Below, piece after piece: positions 48,165 to 60,856 of a DNA stretch of 64,000 nt (positions are counted from its first letter, which is position 1; every line of letters begins with the position of its first letter). The notes under the pieces are model-generated. The model worked only from the letters and a program-made list of their open reading frames with translations, did no database searches and was not told the origin of the DNA. Position numbers and translations under genes: made by a program. Origin of the DNA: a virus. Its lineage: Duplodnaviria; Heunggongvirae; Uroviricota; Caudoviricetes. The DNA is taken from positions 9,618-73,617 of the IMG/VR virus record IMGVR_UViG_3300017747_005082; one strand, 5' to 3'.

Positions 48165-48588
48165 ATATAATTTTATTTAGTTTTAATATTATTTCTTCTT
48201 TTTTATGATATTTTATTAATTCAGTATTTCTTCTAGAAGGATGGGGGATAAAAATGGTGTTTTTAACTATATTTTCTTTTCTAAATTTATGATTAAGAAC
48301 CATAGATGCTGTATTTCCTAAAATAATAATTTTTTCTGCTTTTAATACTTTCTCTCTTAAAGATCTTTCCCAATAATCTTCACATTGATCAAAACTAGGT
48401 TGTTTATGTTTACCTTCAGAAGTATATCCTGGAAACATATCATAAACCGCGTCAAAATCAAATAAATCCTGCGCATATTCTACACTAATTCCTACCCATG
48501 ATAATATATCATATAATAAAGTAGTATCATAAGGATAACGTTGTTTTTTAGCTGGAGGGGCTTGACCTATTATTAATATTTTCTTCAT
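48154..48588 (-). CDS. uracil-DNA glycosylase-superfamily protein
   Basis: IIGQAPP, IIILG, IPHPSRRN. Confidence 0.7.
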   Translation of the reverse strand: MKKILIIGQAPPAKKQRYPYDTTLLYDILSWVGISVEYAQDLFDFDAVYDMFPGYTSEGKHKQPSFDQCEDYWERSLREKVLKAEKIIILGNTASMVLNHKFRKENIVKNTIFIPHPSRRNTELIKYHKKEEIILKLNKIIYGN

Positions 48589-48594
48589 TGATTT

Positions 48595-48930
48595 TTAATA
48601 AATCTCATAATTACCAGGAAGATAATCTATATCCGCCCAAATACCATCTTTATAAATTGTATAACCAGTACCTATTCTTCCCTTTCTTAGACATGATCTA
48701 TAATCTATTATTATACTATTAGACTCATAATATGAGAATAAAGTTCCTGTAACTTCAATATTATCACACCCACATTTTAAATTTTGATTATTAAATAAAG
48801 TTCCTATGGGGAATCTATTTTGAGCTTCTTCTAATGAAGGTATTTTCATAATTATATTTTCATTTTTTTGAATTAAATTTATCATAATCTTCTTTAGTAA
48901 CAATTTTATGTATTTTTTCATCAAATCCAT
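48595..48930 (-). CDS. small protein ending YEIY
   Basis: C-terminal GNYEIY*. Confidence 0.55.
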   Translation of the reverse strand: MDLMKKYIKLLLKKIMINLIQKNENIIMKIPSLEEAQNRFPIGTLFNNQNLKCGCDNIEVTGTLFSYYESNSIIIDYRSCLRKGRIGTGYTIYKDGIWADIDYLPGNYEIY

Positions 48931-49531
48931 ATTTTAAAAAACATTCAAAAGACCGAGCGATTTCTTTTGGTGCATCTTTCAAATCTTTTACTTCAACTAC
49001 AATACCTGGCATCTTATCAACATATACAGTCCAAATATTATCTTCACTTTCAATACAAATTAATTTTATATCTGATAATTTCATAAAAATTCTATTTCGT
49101 AATCTCTTACAGTTAAACAATTTTTTGATGGTTTTATACCATTAATTTCTTTAACAATATACATTCCTTCATATCCTGAAAATTGGGAAAAACAATTTTC
49201 AATTAACAATATATCTCCATCTTTAAAATATTTCTTTTTAATTTCTCGTAAAGTATCTCCCAACACTTTAACTTTAAAAGTCTTAGATTCTGTATTAGTG
49301 TTCATTTATAAGTTCATTTTTATATTTAGACTCCCCTATTTTAACAGAATGGGTTCTCCACTCTGTTATATTATGATCTTTTACAGGTAAAACTAGGATT
49401 TTAACTCTATCTAGTTTTTCCATTTCTATAATCAATTCTTTTAATTGATTTATTGTAAGTTCTAAACCAACCCTACCAGAAGGTAAATCTAATAATTTAC
49501 CATAACCTATATAACGTTCAGGATTATCCAT
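48860..49531 (-). other. three small hypothetical CDS (48860-49120 HicB-like, 49081-49305, 49295-49531)
   Basis: ORF track; WTVYVDKMPGIVVE resembles HicB N-terminus. Confidence 0.45.
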
Positions 49532-49552
49532 ATTAATACTTTAATTATTTAG

Positions 49553-49719
49553 TGATAATGACAGGATTCGAACCTGTAATTAGGATTTGCTTTTACCCGC
49601 TCTTGATTATCTGCTGACGGCCCACAACAAGTACATCCTATTAATTGTGGTGTTTTACTGTTATTCATTATCTAGCTCAAAGCTACTACAGTCAGCGTCT
49701 ACCATTCCGCCACATTACC
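49553..49719 (-). ncRNA. tRNA-like RNA with greatly expanded anticodon and variable regions (167 nt)
   Basis: GGTAATG/CATTATC acceptor, Leu-type D-arm, ACAGG-TTCGAAT-CCTGT T-arm; GCTGAC/GTCAGC stem encloses two sub-hairpins. Confidence 0.75.
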
Positions 49720-49791
49720 TTTTTATTAATCCCAGAAGATTCAAACTGGGATATTCCCCTACTTAAGAACGAATCATCTTTTATTTTACCT

Positions 49792-50809
49792 TCATTCCCC
49801 TATTTTCAAATAGCATTTTCCAAAATGATCCGCATCTTCTTTTACAAATGGATTGCCTCGAAAATCTACAAATTCCCAGCCTTCTTCATACTCTCCTTCT
49901 AGTTTTGGATTTACAAAATCTATATGTCCATAGCTTTCATATCCACTAGGATCTTGTTGTACTGCAAATTCTACAATTGTCTCATCAGGAAAATTATTAA
50001 GCCACTGTTTTAAATCTTTAACTGTTGTCATATCATCTTTTTTGTAGTGAATACCACTTCACTTATTTTCCATAAGTTCCGTTATCTACTTTTTTCTGTA
50101 TAATTAAAGCATCTCCTATTCCTACACCACAATAATCCAAGTTTGCACCTTGCATAATTACAGGATGCACCCAGTTATCATCATTCCATAATGTATACCA
50201 TCCATTTTCTATAAGATATTTTTTGTTGTCCATTTTATTTTAATTTTTTTATAATTTTTTCTTTTCATAAGTTGTTTTTGCGGCTTCTCTAATTGTAGGT
50301 TTATGACCTAGTCTTTTTTCTGTATTAATAAAAGAAGATTTCCATAATATATCACAACTAAATCTATTTAATTTTCTTATAGAAGCATGAGCTAAATGTA
50401 ATATACCTTTTGTTTTTACTTTAAAATAAGCGACTTTATCTACTTTAATACAAAGATTTAACATTGGGTAAGGAGATTGTCTTGTTACAACATGAGAATC
50501 AGGTCCAAAATATTGAACCCAAGAAATATTATCATCTATTCTTAAACGTAATCCTTGATACAAATCATTTATTTCTTCAATATACATTCCGTTATTTAAT
50601 GCCCATTCTTTTACTGAATGAATATTTTTTCCTGGAAATATTATTGATAGAATATATGTATCTTTATCCCATTCTAATTTTTTTGGAGATATTTGAAATT
50701 TCCAACCAATATCTTCTCTAAATCTTATTAAAGTTGAAGCAAAAGTACATCCAATCTTACCTGAACGAATCCATTTAATATTACTCTCTAATGGATTAAT
50801 AAATTTCAT
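49792..50809 (-). other. hypothetical CDS (49792-50031, 50249-50809)
   Basis: ORF track. Confidence 0.5.
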
Positions 50810-51000
50810 AAACTAGTTCTTTATTATATTTAAGTAATTCTCTTTTAGAAAAAGTTAAATGATAATTTAGAATATCAATAGTATAAGGTTCTTCCCTAAA
50901 GACATTAATATCAATTATTGTTCCTTCTTCTTTGTCATTAATTTTTACAATTTGACCTATTTGGAATTTCATAACATTTCAATTTGTGTAAAAATACGAA

Positions 51001-51018
51001 AGGCCTCTTAAGAGGCCT
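51001..51018 (-). terminator. GGCC-type terminator hairpin
   Basis: aggcctct/agaggcct inverted repeat. Confidence 0.65.
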
Positions 51019-51021
51019 AAT

Positions 51022-53152
51022 TTAATTTAATAAATCTTTTAAAGATTTTGTTTTGGAAAATTCTTTTAAATTTTCATATTTCTCCAGTTTATATTTAACA
51101 CCTGCATTATCCATCACTGTTTTCAAAATATTAGCAGTTGCAATTTGAGAATGATTTTTTTCTTTTGGAAATATAAGTCCTTTATCTCCTTCCTTCTCAT
51201 AAGTTAATATATTGGGTTTACTTGAAAATGATTTTATTAAATCTTCCATAGCTTGTCTTGTTTTGGGAGGAAAAGGCTCACCTCTTTCTTTTTCAAGTTT
51301 TTTCTTAATTACAGGAGTAGTAGGACCAAAATGATTTACAATAGCTTGTTCCACCTCCCTTTTATTACGAGTATTGATTAAATAATTCCCATAATTATCT
51401 CTATTTTCTAAAGCACTGATCAAATCTTCTACTGTATTTCCTGGTTTTGGAGTTAAAAAATAATCTAATTCTGAACGTGAATGTCCTCTATTAGAGCCAT
51501 CATCTTCAGTATTTTCTACAATTTTAAATTTCTGCATATATAGTTTTAGTATAAATATTTACTTTATACTATTTAATAAAATTTTCGTTAAATTCCTTGT
51601 TAAGTTTATTTATTGGAGCTAATTTTGCTTCTCTTTCTAATTTTTTCTTTTTTGCTTTTTCAATCTTTATATTATATAATGAATTATACATTTCTTCTAA
51701 ATTTTCGGTTCCATCAAAATCGTCACCTTTAGATTTTAACACATACATCGAATCAATAAAACAATAACGATATTGGGTAAATAAAGGAATAAAAGGTAAA
51801 AATAAAGCTAACCAACCATTATTCATAAAACTATATTTTAATTCCCATTTTTCTATCATCCATTCTTTTTCTAAATAATGAGTACCCTTAGATAATTTAT
51901 AAATTGGAGTTTTCTTTCCTTTATAAATTTTCTTTTTAGGAAATTTTAACCAAGATATACCATTAGGAAAAATACTATATAATAATAAATTTAAACCAGC
52001 ATTTATAATTATATAAACTAGTAAATACAATAAATAAAATCCCATCATTTTTTTATTTTTTCTAATTCATTAATTGCATAAATCAAATTATCTATAGATT
52101 GGGCTGCAATTCCTCCTACAAATATACCCTGCAAATCAGAGACTAATATTTTTGAATGATGTAATACCAAAGTTAATTTTTCTAATTGTTCTTTTGTATC
52201 AAGATTAATAGTATTATTCTCTAAAGATCCTGTTGTTGGGATCTCACTATTTTCATTTTTCTTTTTTGCCATTATTTATAAAATTTTATTGATTTTCCCA
52301 ATTTAATTAATTTTCCATCTTCATAATACTCAGAAGCATATCCTATAAAGTTAGGATTAATTTCTTCCGTTAACACTGCAGTTGATTCCATTCTTGAAAA
52401 TTCAACTAATTTTCCATTAATAAATACTTGTTTCATAATTTTCTTAGGTTTATTTTTCTTTTGTAATGCAAAACATATAGCAATAAATGCCATAATTAAC
52501 ATAATATCTTCCATATCACTTTTGTTTTAAATAATATTTATCTTCTCCTAACATAATATAGGCATCATTAGCTAATACGAAATATTTATATATTTCAGGG
52601 TTTAAATGTTTATAAGATAAAGAAACATACCCTTTTTCAAAATCTGAGAAATGGGTAGGATTGAAATCTTTTCTTTCTAATTCTAAGTGTATTTTAGCCA
52701 TAATTTATACTTATGTTTAAAATTTAAATATTTATCAGATTTATAACTTATACAATGTAAACAGATATTATGTATACTAAATCCTAACCAGGAAAGAATT
52801 AAAAACCATTTAAAACAGTATTTTGTTTCATCAAATTGTCTTGGAGATAAATCATTAATAAAACCTCCTATTCTACCATATGTTATTATAACACCTAGTA
52901 AATATATTCCTATTCCTATGTATATATTATTCATAATCATCTAATTGTATCTCCTTCGTTATATTTTTCTAAATCAAAATTCAATACTTCAACATTATAT
53001 ATTGAGTCTTTATTTTTCATAATAATATAAGAAGTAGTGCTATATTCACTTCTTACTTTAATAAAAACATCACCTTTATAACGTTCAATAGGATAAACAT
53101 CTCTTTTACCACAACTATATAATAGAAATAATAATAAACTAATATATTTCAT
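51022..53152 (-). other. run of hypothetical CDS, including membrane proteins (51569-52048, 52683-52940) and a lipoprotein-like ORF (52937-53152)
   Basis: ORF track; hydrophobic segments; LLYSC lipobox-like. Confidence 0.5.
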
Positions 53153-55567
53153 AACTAATCCCTAAATTAGATTTATGTTCTTTTAATAATTTATAAAAAT
53201 CTGTTGGGCTAATTTGAATTCTCCCTAATAATTCTCCTAATCCTAAATCATGAATTGATTGAAAACTTAATATTCCAAAGTCATTGATGTAATAATAACA
53301 AGTATCATGAAATCCAAAATGATTATTAATATCCATTAATCCTTTGTTTTTAAGTTCTTTATTCATTAGTATTTCTACTTGTGAAGTAATACCACTTGAA
53401 TTCCATCCTATAGAATACCAAGTATTATCTTCTATATTAATATATTTCATAATAATTTATTTCTGTTAATTCTAAATCATACCAAAAACTCCAACAACAA
53501 TCAATACTTCTATTTCCAACTTTTACTAAAAATTGTCCTTCTCCTCCATCCTTAACAATTTTCCCTATTTCACCAACTTTGTTATTACTACCTGCTTTGT
53601 TAGAAATTAGCTTTACTGTATCTCCTATAATAAACTTTCTCATAATGTAATTATTTAAAAAACCATATTGTTATTGGCCAAAATAATACTAATAATAAAT
53701 TTTTTATTGTAAAATCTTCATCAAAAATTTTTGACCAGGAAAATGTTAAATATACTAAAAAACATGTTATTAAATAATAAAATAACGCTGTAACTAAAAA
53801 TACCAATTCCATAATTTAATAAATTGGATAAAGTGATTCAGTAAATTGTCCTTCCAATACTGATAGATAATGTTCTGGAGTAACTATTTTGTAACCTCTA
53901 GGTCTATTATATGAATATGTAAATTCTCCTTTATTAATATAATAAAATATATCCGAGGAATTGTATGAATAATTTACACTTTTAGGAGATAATTTTAGTT
54001 CCTTCATTTTTTTCTCAATTTGAGAAAATATATCAGATGACTTATTAATTCTATTATATTGTCCTTTAAAATAAATTTTTTCTTCCATTTTTAATATATT
54101 TTGTATGTTTCTGTACATAATTCCAAATCATCTTCCTCACTCCAACAATTTCCAGGATCGTATGATCCATGATCTGGATCTATAGAATATCTACTTCCAA
54201 TTCCTTTTCGTACAATTCCTGTATCACCAATATTATTTTTGCTATAAGTTGTATTATTAATTAATCTTACTCTATCACCTATTTTAAATTTATTCATAAT
54301 TAATATATTTCGTATGTTTTATTATTCAATTCTAAATCTCCTGGATAGTGCCAATTTCCATTATTTGGATTTCCAGGAACATGAACTCTATATGGTGTAA
54401 CATATGAATAATTGATTTCATCAATTTTCCCTATTTCACCAATAAGATTTTGAGAAAATGATTCGTTTTTAACTATTTTAACAATATCCCCTATTTCGTA
54501 TTCCATTGCTTCTTTAATTTTTTGTAAATAATCTTTTCCATCACAAACTTTCCCTAAAGTAGAAGCAAATTCAAGTCTATTTGCACTAGTAATACGATAT
54601 ATTCTTGAAATTCCTAATTTTTCAGGACAAGTTATTCCTTTCTTTATAAGAAATGATTTAATATCTTCATATTCTTCTCCTTTAATATCTCCATTTAGAT
54701 ATGTATTCAATATAGAATTTCCCATGACTAATATATTTCGTATATTTTATTAACATTATTTAATATTTCCCAAAATTCATCCATGGATACTAATTTATAA
54801 CCTGAATAATCAAATTTTGATAAAGTACTTATGTATTTAATAGAATTAGTTTTATTATCTATATAATATTTTCCATTACCGAAAAATCTTAACCCATTTC
54901 TATTTATATTTAACTTTTTTAATTGTTTTTCAATATCTCTCCAAGAGTATGAATATTTACTAGATCCTGAAAAACCTTTAAAACATATTTCGTACAAATT
55001 TTCCATAAACTATTATTTAATATATTTCGTAATCATCATTATAAAATCCATTAAGCATATTAAAAAAAGTAACAATATCAACTTCTATTAAATGTTTTGA
55101 GAGTTGATCAAGAATAAAATCACTTAAAAATGTAAACTGCCCTAAAGAATTAAGAAAATAAACACACCCTTCAGAATCAAATCCAAAGTCATTTCCTTTA
55201 TATTTAGGATCTACTATGTCTTTTCTTACTAATAATTTATTAAATTCTTTTTTAGAGAAAGGAAGATTTAACCAATCTTGTGGCTTAATAGCTTTAAAAT
55301 AAATTTTATTATTCATAATTAATATATTTCATATTGTTCTTCAATTAATTCTAAATCAGAATCAGCATGCCAACAACCATTAGTTTTTCCTGGTTTTACT
55401 TCTACCAAAAAACTATCTTTATTTATTCCTACGCGAGTAATAATTCCTATTTCTCCTACTCGATTATTACTACCTGATTCGTTTTTGATTATAAGAACTC
55501 TATTTCCAATTTGTAATTCCATAATTTTAATTTTTGTAAATATATAAAATATAAGTATATACACCAA
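53139..55567 (-). other. tandem family of eight small genes ending Y-[E/P/K]-I-Y (53139-53450, 53437-53643, 53816-54118, 54091-54297, 54300-54725, 54728-55006, 55017-55316, 55319-55567)
   Basis: Shared C-terminal tetrapeptide; KOW-like FxIGDxV...G.IG.I domain in several. Confidence 0.75.
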
Positions 55568-55709
55568 ATTTTTGAACGTAAATTTTTTTCTTCTCTTTTT
55601 TATAGATACGAGATTTTAGCCCGAAATGGTTATTTCGGAAATGGGTTTTATATAAGTATATACTGGGAGATTTTTGTAAAAGATGTTATCGGTATGAACT
55701 TATATCTAA

Positions 55710-55818
55710 TGCCTTTTCCCGCAATGCCGGCACCGTTGATGGACATCAACGCGGCGGTAGGGGACGGACAAGGGCCGTTAACGACCCGTTAACGCCCTTA
55801 CTACCTCTTCCCTTGTCC
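55710..55818. repeat. GC-rich palindromic non-coding island
   Basis: cgttgat/atcaacg, two cgttaacg palindromes, ggacaaggg/cccttgtcc. Confidence 0.6.
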
Positions 55819-56044
55819 AATCTAAGTGTTCATTATACATCATAACCAATATTTATATTTTTGTTAATAATTCTTTTTCTTCTAATGCTTCCAGAAATTC
55901 CCTCATTTCAAATTGGATTTTAACTCCCATATCTAATGTAAGTTTATCTGTGTTATAACCAGCGGCCATTAAAAAATCTGCAATTATTGATAATCCTTTT
56001 AACCCTTGTAATGTGTTACTTTTAACAATTTCTGCTTTAAGACT

Positions 56045-56089
56045 TTCCATAACTATATTGTTTTAATTATTATTACAGTGTGAATATAC
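56045..56089. repeat. 45-bp exact direct repeat (promoter/RBS/start cassette), second copy at 58239-58283
   Basis: ttccataactatattgttttaattattattacagtgtgaatatac occurs at both sites. Confidence 0.85.
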
Positions 56090-56410
56090 GAAATTACCTT
56101 ACAATATCCCATTCCCAGAAAAAATTTGAATATATAAATATTCCCAATCAAATATGTTTGGATCTACTTCCACATATTTAGATGGTGTATCATAACCCAT
56201 ACTTTGAATTTCTGATGTAATATTTCCTTCTTCATCAATAATAGAAATGAATAATTCATTCATATAATGAAATTGAATAGCCCCACCACCTGATTTGATA
56301 TATTGTATGATTTTTTCTTTCATAACGTTTATTATTTAATTATTTAATTATTTATTTAAATTTCTATATTGTAAATATACGAAATAATAATTAATAATCC
56401 AATACCTCCG

Positions 56411-56791
56411 TTATGAATAGAATTCTTTTTGAATGTGTTCCAATGTTAGTTTTAGAACGTATTCCTTAGTTAATATTTTGTTTACTTCTTCATTAACTAA
56501 ATTAGGTAAATCAATACCTAAATCTTTATGAAATGATACTAATTTTGTCCAACTCGCGTAGGTATTTTCCGTAGGCATATTCATATATGAAACATCTTCT
56601 ACATCAATATGATCTATATCTACATGAAATTTGGAACCTTTCACCTCTACCTCCTCAGATTTATTTTTATATACCCATACTTGTGTAATACTAGTACCTC
56701 TTACTTCACCTATCTGAAATGGTAATTTTACTATTATTGATAAGCACCCGCGTTCAGTTTGTGGTTGTGTTGGTGTTTTATATGTTGCCAT
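56411..56791 (-). CDS. hypothetical protein, paralog of 63681-63971
   Basis: Shared Y..LV..HK.[LI]GID.P...[LI]TKEY. Confidence 0.6.
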   Translation of the reverse strand: MATYKTPTQPQTERGCLSIIVKLPFQIGEVRGTSITQVWVYKNKSEEVEVKGSKFHVDIDHIDVEDVSYMNMPTENTYASWTKLVSFHKDLGIDLPNLVNEEVNKILTKEYVLKLTLEHIQKEFYS

Positions 56792-59700
56792 AATTATTTA
56801 TTTTTTAATTATTAATTTATATTGTAAATATATGAAACAATTTTAATAAATCAAATGCCTAAGATGTATATTACTTTTCTATTTTACGTAATTCCGTCAA
56901 CGAAAGGGTATATCAACTTGCCTCTATATTATCTTTGAGATTTTTCACCATTTCCTCTAATGTAGCTAGTAAATCTAATTCTTCTTGTTTATTACCATAA
57001 GTAATAATTTCTCTGCTAATGAATTTATCTATTCTTTGCATCCAATTTATTTTAGCTTTACCTTCCATGATTTGTTTTATTTATTGGTGTCAAAATAATA
57101 TTTTCTATAACCACTTTCCCATTTTTTACGTTCAATTTTTGTCATTTTTCTTAAATGCCAATTTGGTAACATATGAACATAATCATCTATAAAAGAATAT
57201 TCAATTCCTGGTGCTAATGATTCTTTATGTCCTTCTTTAAATGTAGGATAATAAGGGTCTGCTAATGATATTTCAATTATTTGACCATCATAATCAGCAG
57301 TTTGGTATGTATCAATTAGAGATGATCTAATTTCAATTGAATAATGAACATATTTAAGTTGATTTTTTGTTTTCATAACTGTAAAATAATTAATTATTAT
57401 TTAATCTTATACTATAAATATATGAAAAAAACAATTATAAAACAACGTGGATTTTAATTATTTTATTGCGAGTCAACAATTGCGATGTAGGTCGAGAGGT
57501 AATCGATATTTTCCGCTTGTACTTGCTTATATACCGTATATTTTTTATAGGGAGTTCAGGCATGACTGAAAGAAACCTAGATACCAGGTCTGAACTTAAC
57601 TACCTCTTCCCTCGTTTCTCACTTCTTACTACCACTTTTCAACCCCAATATATACGTATCTCACCCTTCCTTAGTTGTACCTCACACTTTATTTAGATCG
57701 CTCTACCCTAAAGTTTAGATGCATCTAAAAATTCATTTAGTCTGTAATATTCCAAGGTACATTCGTTACATCAATATCAATTCTACAAGCATTATCTAGT
57801 TTTGCTTTTCTTACCATATATGGAATATTAGCATCTTTTAATGATTCTATAGTTTTAATATAACTTTCACTATCTACTATTTCCTCTACCCACATTAAAT
57901 TGTCTCCTTTTAATTTCTTAGAAGCATATTTATTGTTTTTATAAAGGGTTCCTACAATAGATTTAATTGATGTAACATAGGTATCAGGTGTTCCAGGGGG
58001 ATGATATAATACTTGAATAATTAATGTATTTTCAGACCCACAATGATCTTTATATGCTCTCATAACCATTTTGATTTAATTAATCTTTTTTATACTCATT
58101 ATAGAATTGTATAATATCTTCCTCATTAAAACACTCAGTTAAATAGTTAATTTTTTGTGAATTACTTAAATCAGAAATTTCTGCATCACTACAAAATTGT
58201 TTATTTTTAATTAATAAAAGAATTTTTACTCTTACAGATTCCATAACTATATTGTTTTAATTATTATTACAGTGTGAATATACAAAAGTAGTTTTAAATA
58301 TCAACGACCTGATTTATTCAGCATCGTGATCGTAATTAGTTAATTCGTTTAATAATTTCTCAGCATCTTCCTGTGACAGTGTCTTAAATATATCAGCATA
58401 ATCTAATTCATGATTTAACATTACTTCCTCAGAAATATATTTTTCCAATATAGGATTTAAATCAATATCATCATAAGTATCATACAATTCAAAGAATAAT
58501 TCAACAATTGAATCTACGGTAAGTTTATTTGCTTTCATAGCCTTTATTTATATTACCGATGCACAACCATTAAGTAAATATAAGATTTCATCTATATTTT
58601 CTTGTACATACTCTTTAGTACTTTCATCACATTCCCAAGCATAAGATACACTATTAATATTTTTATAGGGTGTATCATATTCTCCAAATTCATTTCTTTT
58701 TTCAGAAATCATTTCTAATATGCTTTTGAATTGTTCTTCCTCTGTTCTACCTAAAGTATATTTTTTTAAATTAAGAGGAATTTGTTGTAAAATTTGCATA
58801 ACAACAGAATGTATATAATCTTCTAATGATATATTCATAACTTTAATTATTTAATTATTATAGTGTAAATATACGAAATAGTAATTAATAATCCAATACC
58901 TTAATTATTAGGATAATTTGGTACTAGAAATGTTAAAATACTAGAAATATTCTCCCCTACTCTTTCATAAAATTTACAGTTATGAAGAAATTTTACTAGT
59001 CCTAATTTTGTTTTTTGATTTAGATGTTTTCTATATAATAATCTCATTTCTTCATCATTAAATAGTTTATCTACCTCTACATAACCTTTTTGTAATAATT
59101 CCTCTTTACTTAGAAGATTTAATTCAGCAGCTATTTTTTTCATAACTATAATGTTTTAATTATTTAAATTTCTATATTGTAAATATATGAAGTTAAATTA
59201 TATAATCCACTACCCTTACTACATTTCCACTCCCAAAAATAGAATGGTCTGTTCCACTATACCATAATTTTTTAATACATTCTTTTACATCATATGGAAT
59301 TGATTCATCTTCACCTGAAGTGATTACCAATACCTTAAATATATCTTCATATTCATTAGTTATATGAACTTTCTCTACATAAATTAATCCTCCTTCCCCA
59401 CAATCATATTCAAATAAGTTAGATTCATAATCATCTTCCTCATATGATTTGTTTATTTCTTGGGATAATATTTCTGGTGTTTCACTACATAGATTTACTC
59501 CATATTTTCCTACTATATATTCCGTTTTCTGTATACATAACTATTATATTTAACTATTATGTTGTAAACATACGAATTATTATTTATAACTCAAATACCT
59601 ATTATGGATATTTTTATTTTTCTATATCTTGTTCTATTTTCTCAAAATATTTTTTAAATTTTTTCCATTGTTTTTTTGAAATATCATTATACGTTTCAAC

Positions 59701-60856
59701 GTTTTTGATAATTCTTTTAATATCTTTTTGATATTTTTTATTATGAAGGTATTTTTCTACTTTAATTATTAAATAAGTAGCTTCTTTTTCTGGAATTGTA
59801 TAAATTGAATTCATAATAAAAATATTTTGTTGTAATTACTATGTTGTAAATATACGAAATTCAACTTAATAATCCTATACCATTATTGTGTATATTTTAA
59901 CTCAACCATTTTAACCCAGCTAATACAATACAAAATGCGATAGCAGCTGATATCATTAACCAACCACACCCTTTCATTTCTTCTGAATCTTTACTCATAA
60001 TATTTTTATTTTAAACCTTCATTATACCATTTTATAATTCCTTTGAAAATAATAATAAAATCAACTTGATCAAAGTCCTCTAATTCATCAACAACAAAAC
60101 CCCATCTGTCATAACTTACATGAATAGTATCCTTTCCGTTATTAATTTCCAATACCATTTCATCTCCACCAGTACCTCCATAATTTTCTTTGATATAATC
60201 CCAATTTTCTTTAAAGGGAATTTGAGCTTTTTCTAACTCTTGTCCCAAAAAACGAGTATTATCTAGGGTCTGTTGTTTAGTTGGACCTGCAGGACCTTTG
60301 TATGGATTGTAAGTAAATACTTTTGGAGAATATTCCTCATACAATTCTTGTCTTCTATTATATTCTTCTAACAATTCTTTTTTGAATAAAGATAATGGTT
60401 TAATAATATCAGAAGGTAAATATTCTGATACATGAAGGAAATCATGATTTATAGTATTGTCTATTCTATTCAATAGACATAATAATTCTTCTAATGAATT
60501 ATCACTTATAAGATTTAATTTTTTCATAACTATATTATTTAAATTTCTATATTGTAAATATATGAAATATTATTTATAATTCCAATTCCTTCAATTTAGT
60601 TTATATAAAATACTGCTAAACCATTCTCATATGCCCAACTAGCAACTAATAGTAAATCTTTAATTTGTTGTACCCAGACATCTCCTTGTATAGCTAATCT
60701 AAAACTACCATTACTTAATTTAGATAAATTGAATAAATTATAATTATTTTGTGTAAGTAGTAACCTAATTTGATCTTCTCCCATAATATTAATTATTTTC
60801 ACTAAAAAAAAGCATCAAAATTAATTGATGCTTTCCTTCCCTTAAATCTAACTTAA

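Noticed and set aside
49553-49719. tRNA with a group I intron
   Set aside because: The insert is about 70 nt, far too short, and lacks the P/Q/R/S core.
39208-49902. ORFs overlapping RNA genes (39208-39480, 40825-41061, 40943-41131, 41779-42015, 41882-42079, 46255-46539, 49645-49902)
   Set aside because: They coincide with well-formed tRNA or ncRNA structures and are incidental open frames.
7755-51580. T4-type late promoters TATAAATA on the plus strand
   Set aside because: They point away from the genes, so they are treated as the reverse complement of a sense-strand motif.
53139-55567. YEIY tail as a purely DNA-level antisense promoter (plus strand TTTCGTAT...) or DGR target
   Set aside because: Synonymous codon variation points to peptide selection, and there is no reverse transcriptase or template repeat in the window.
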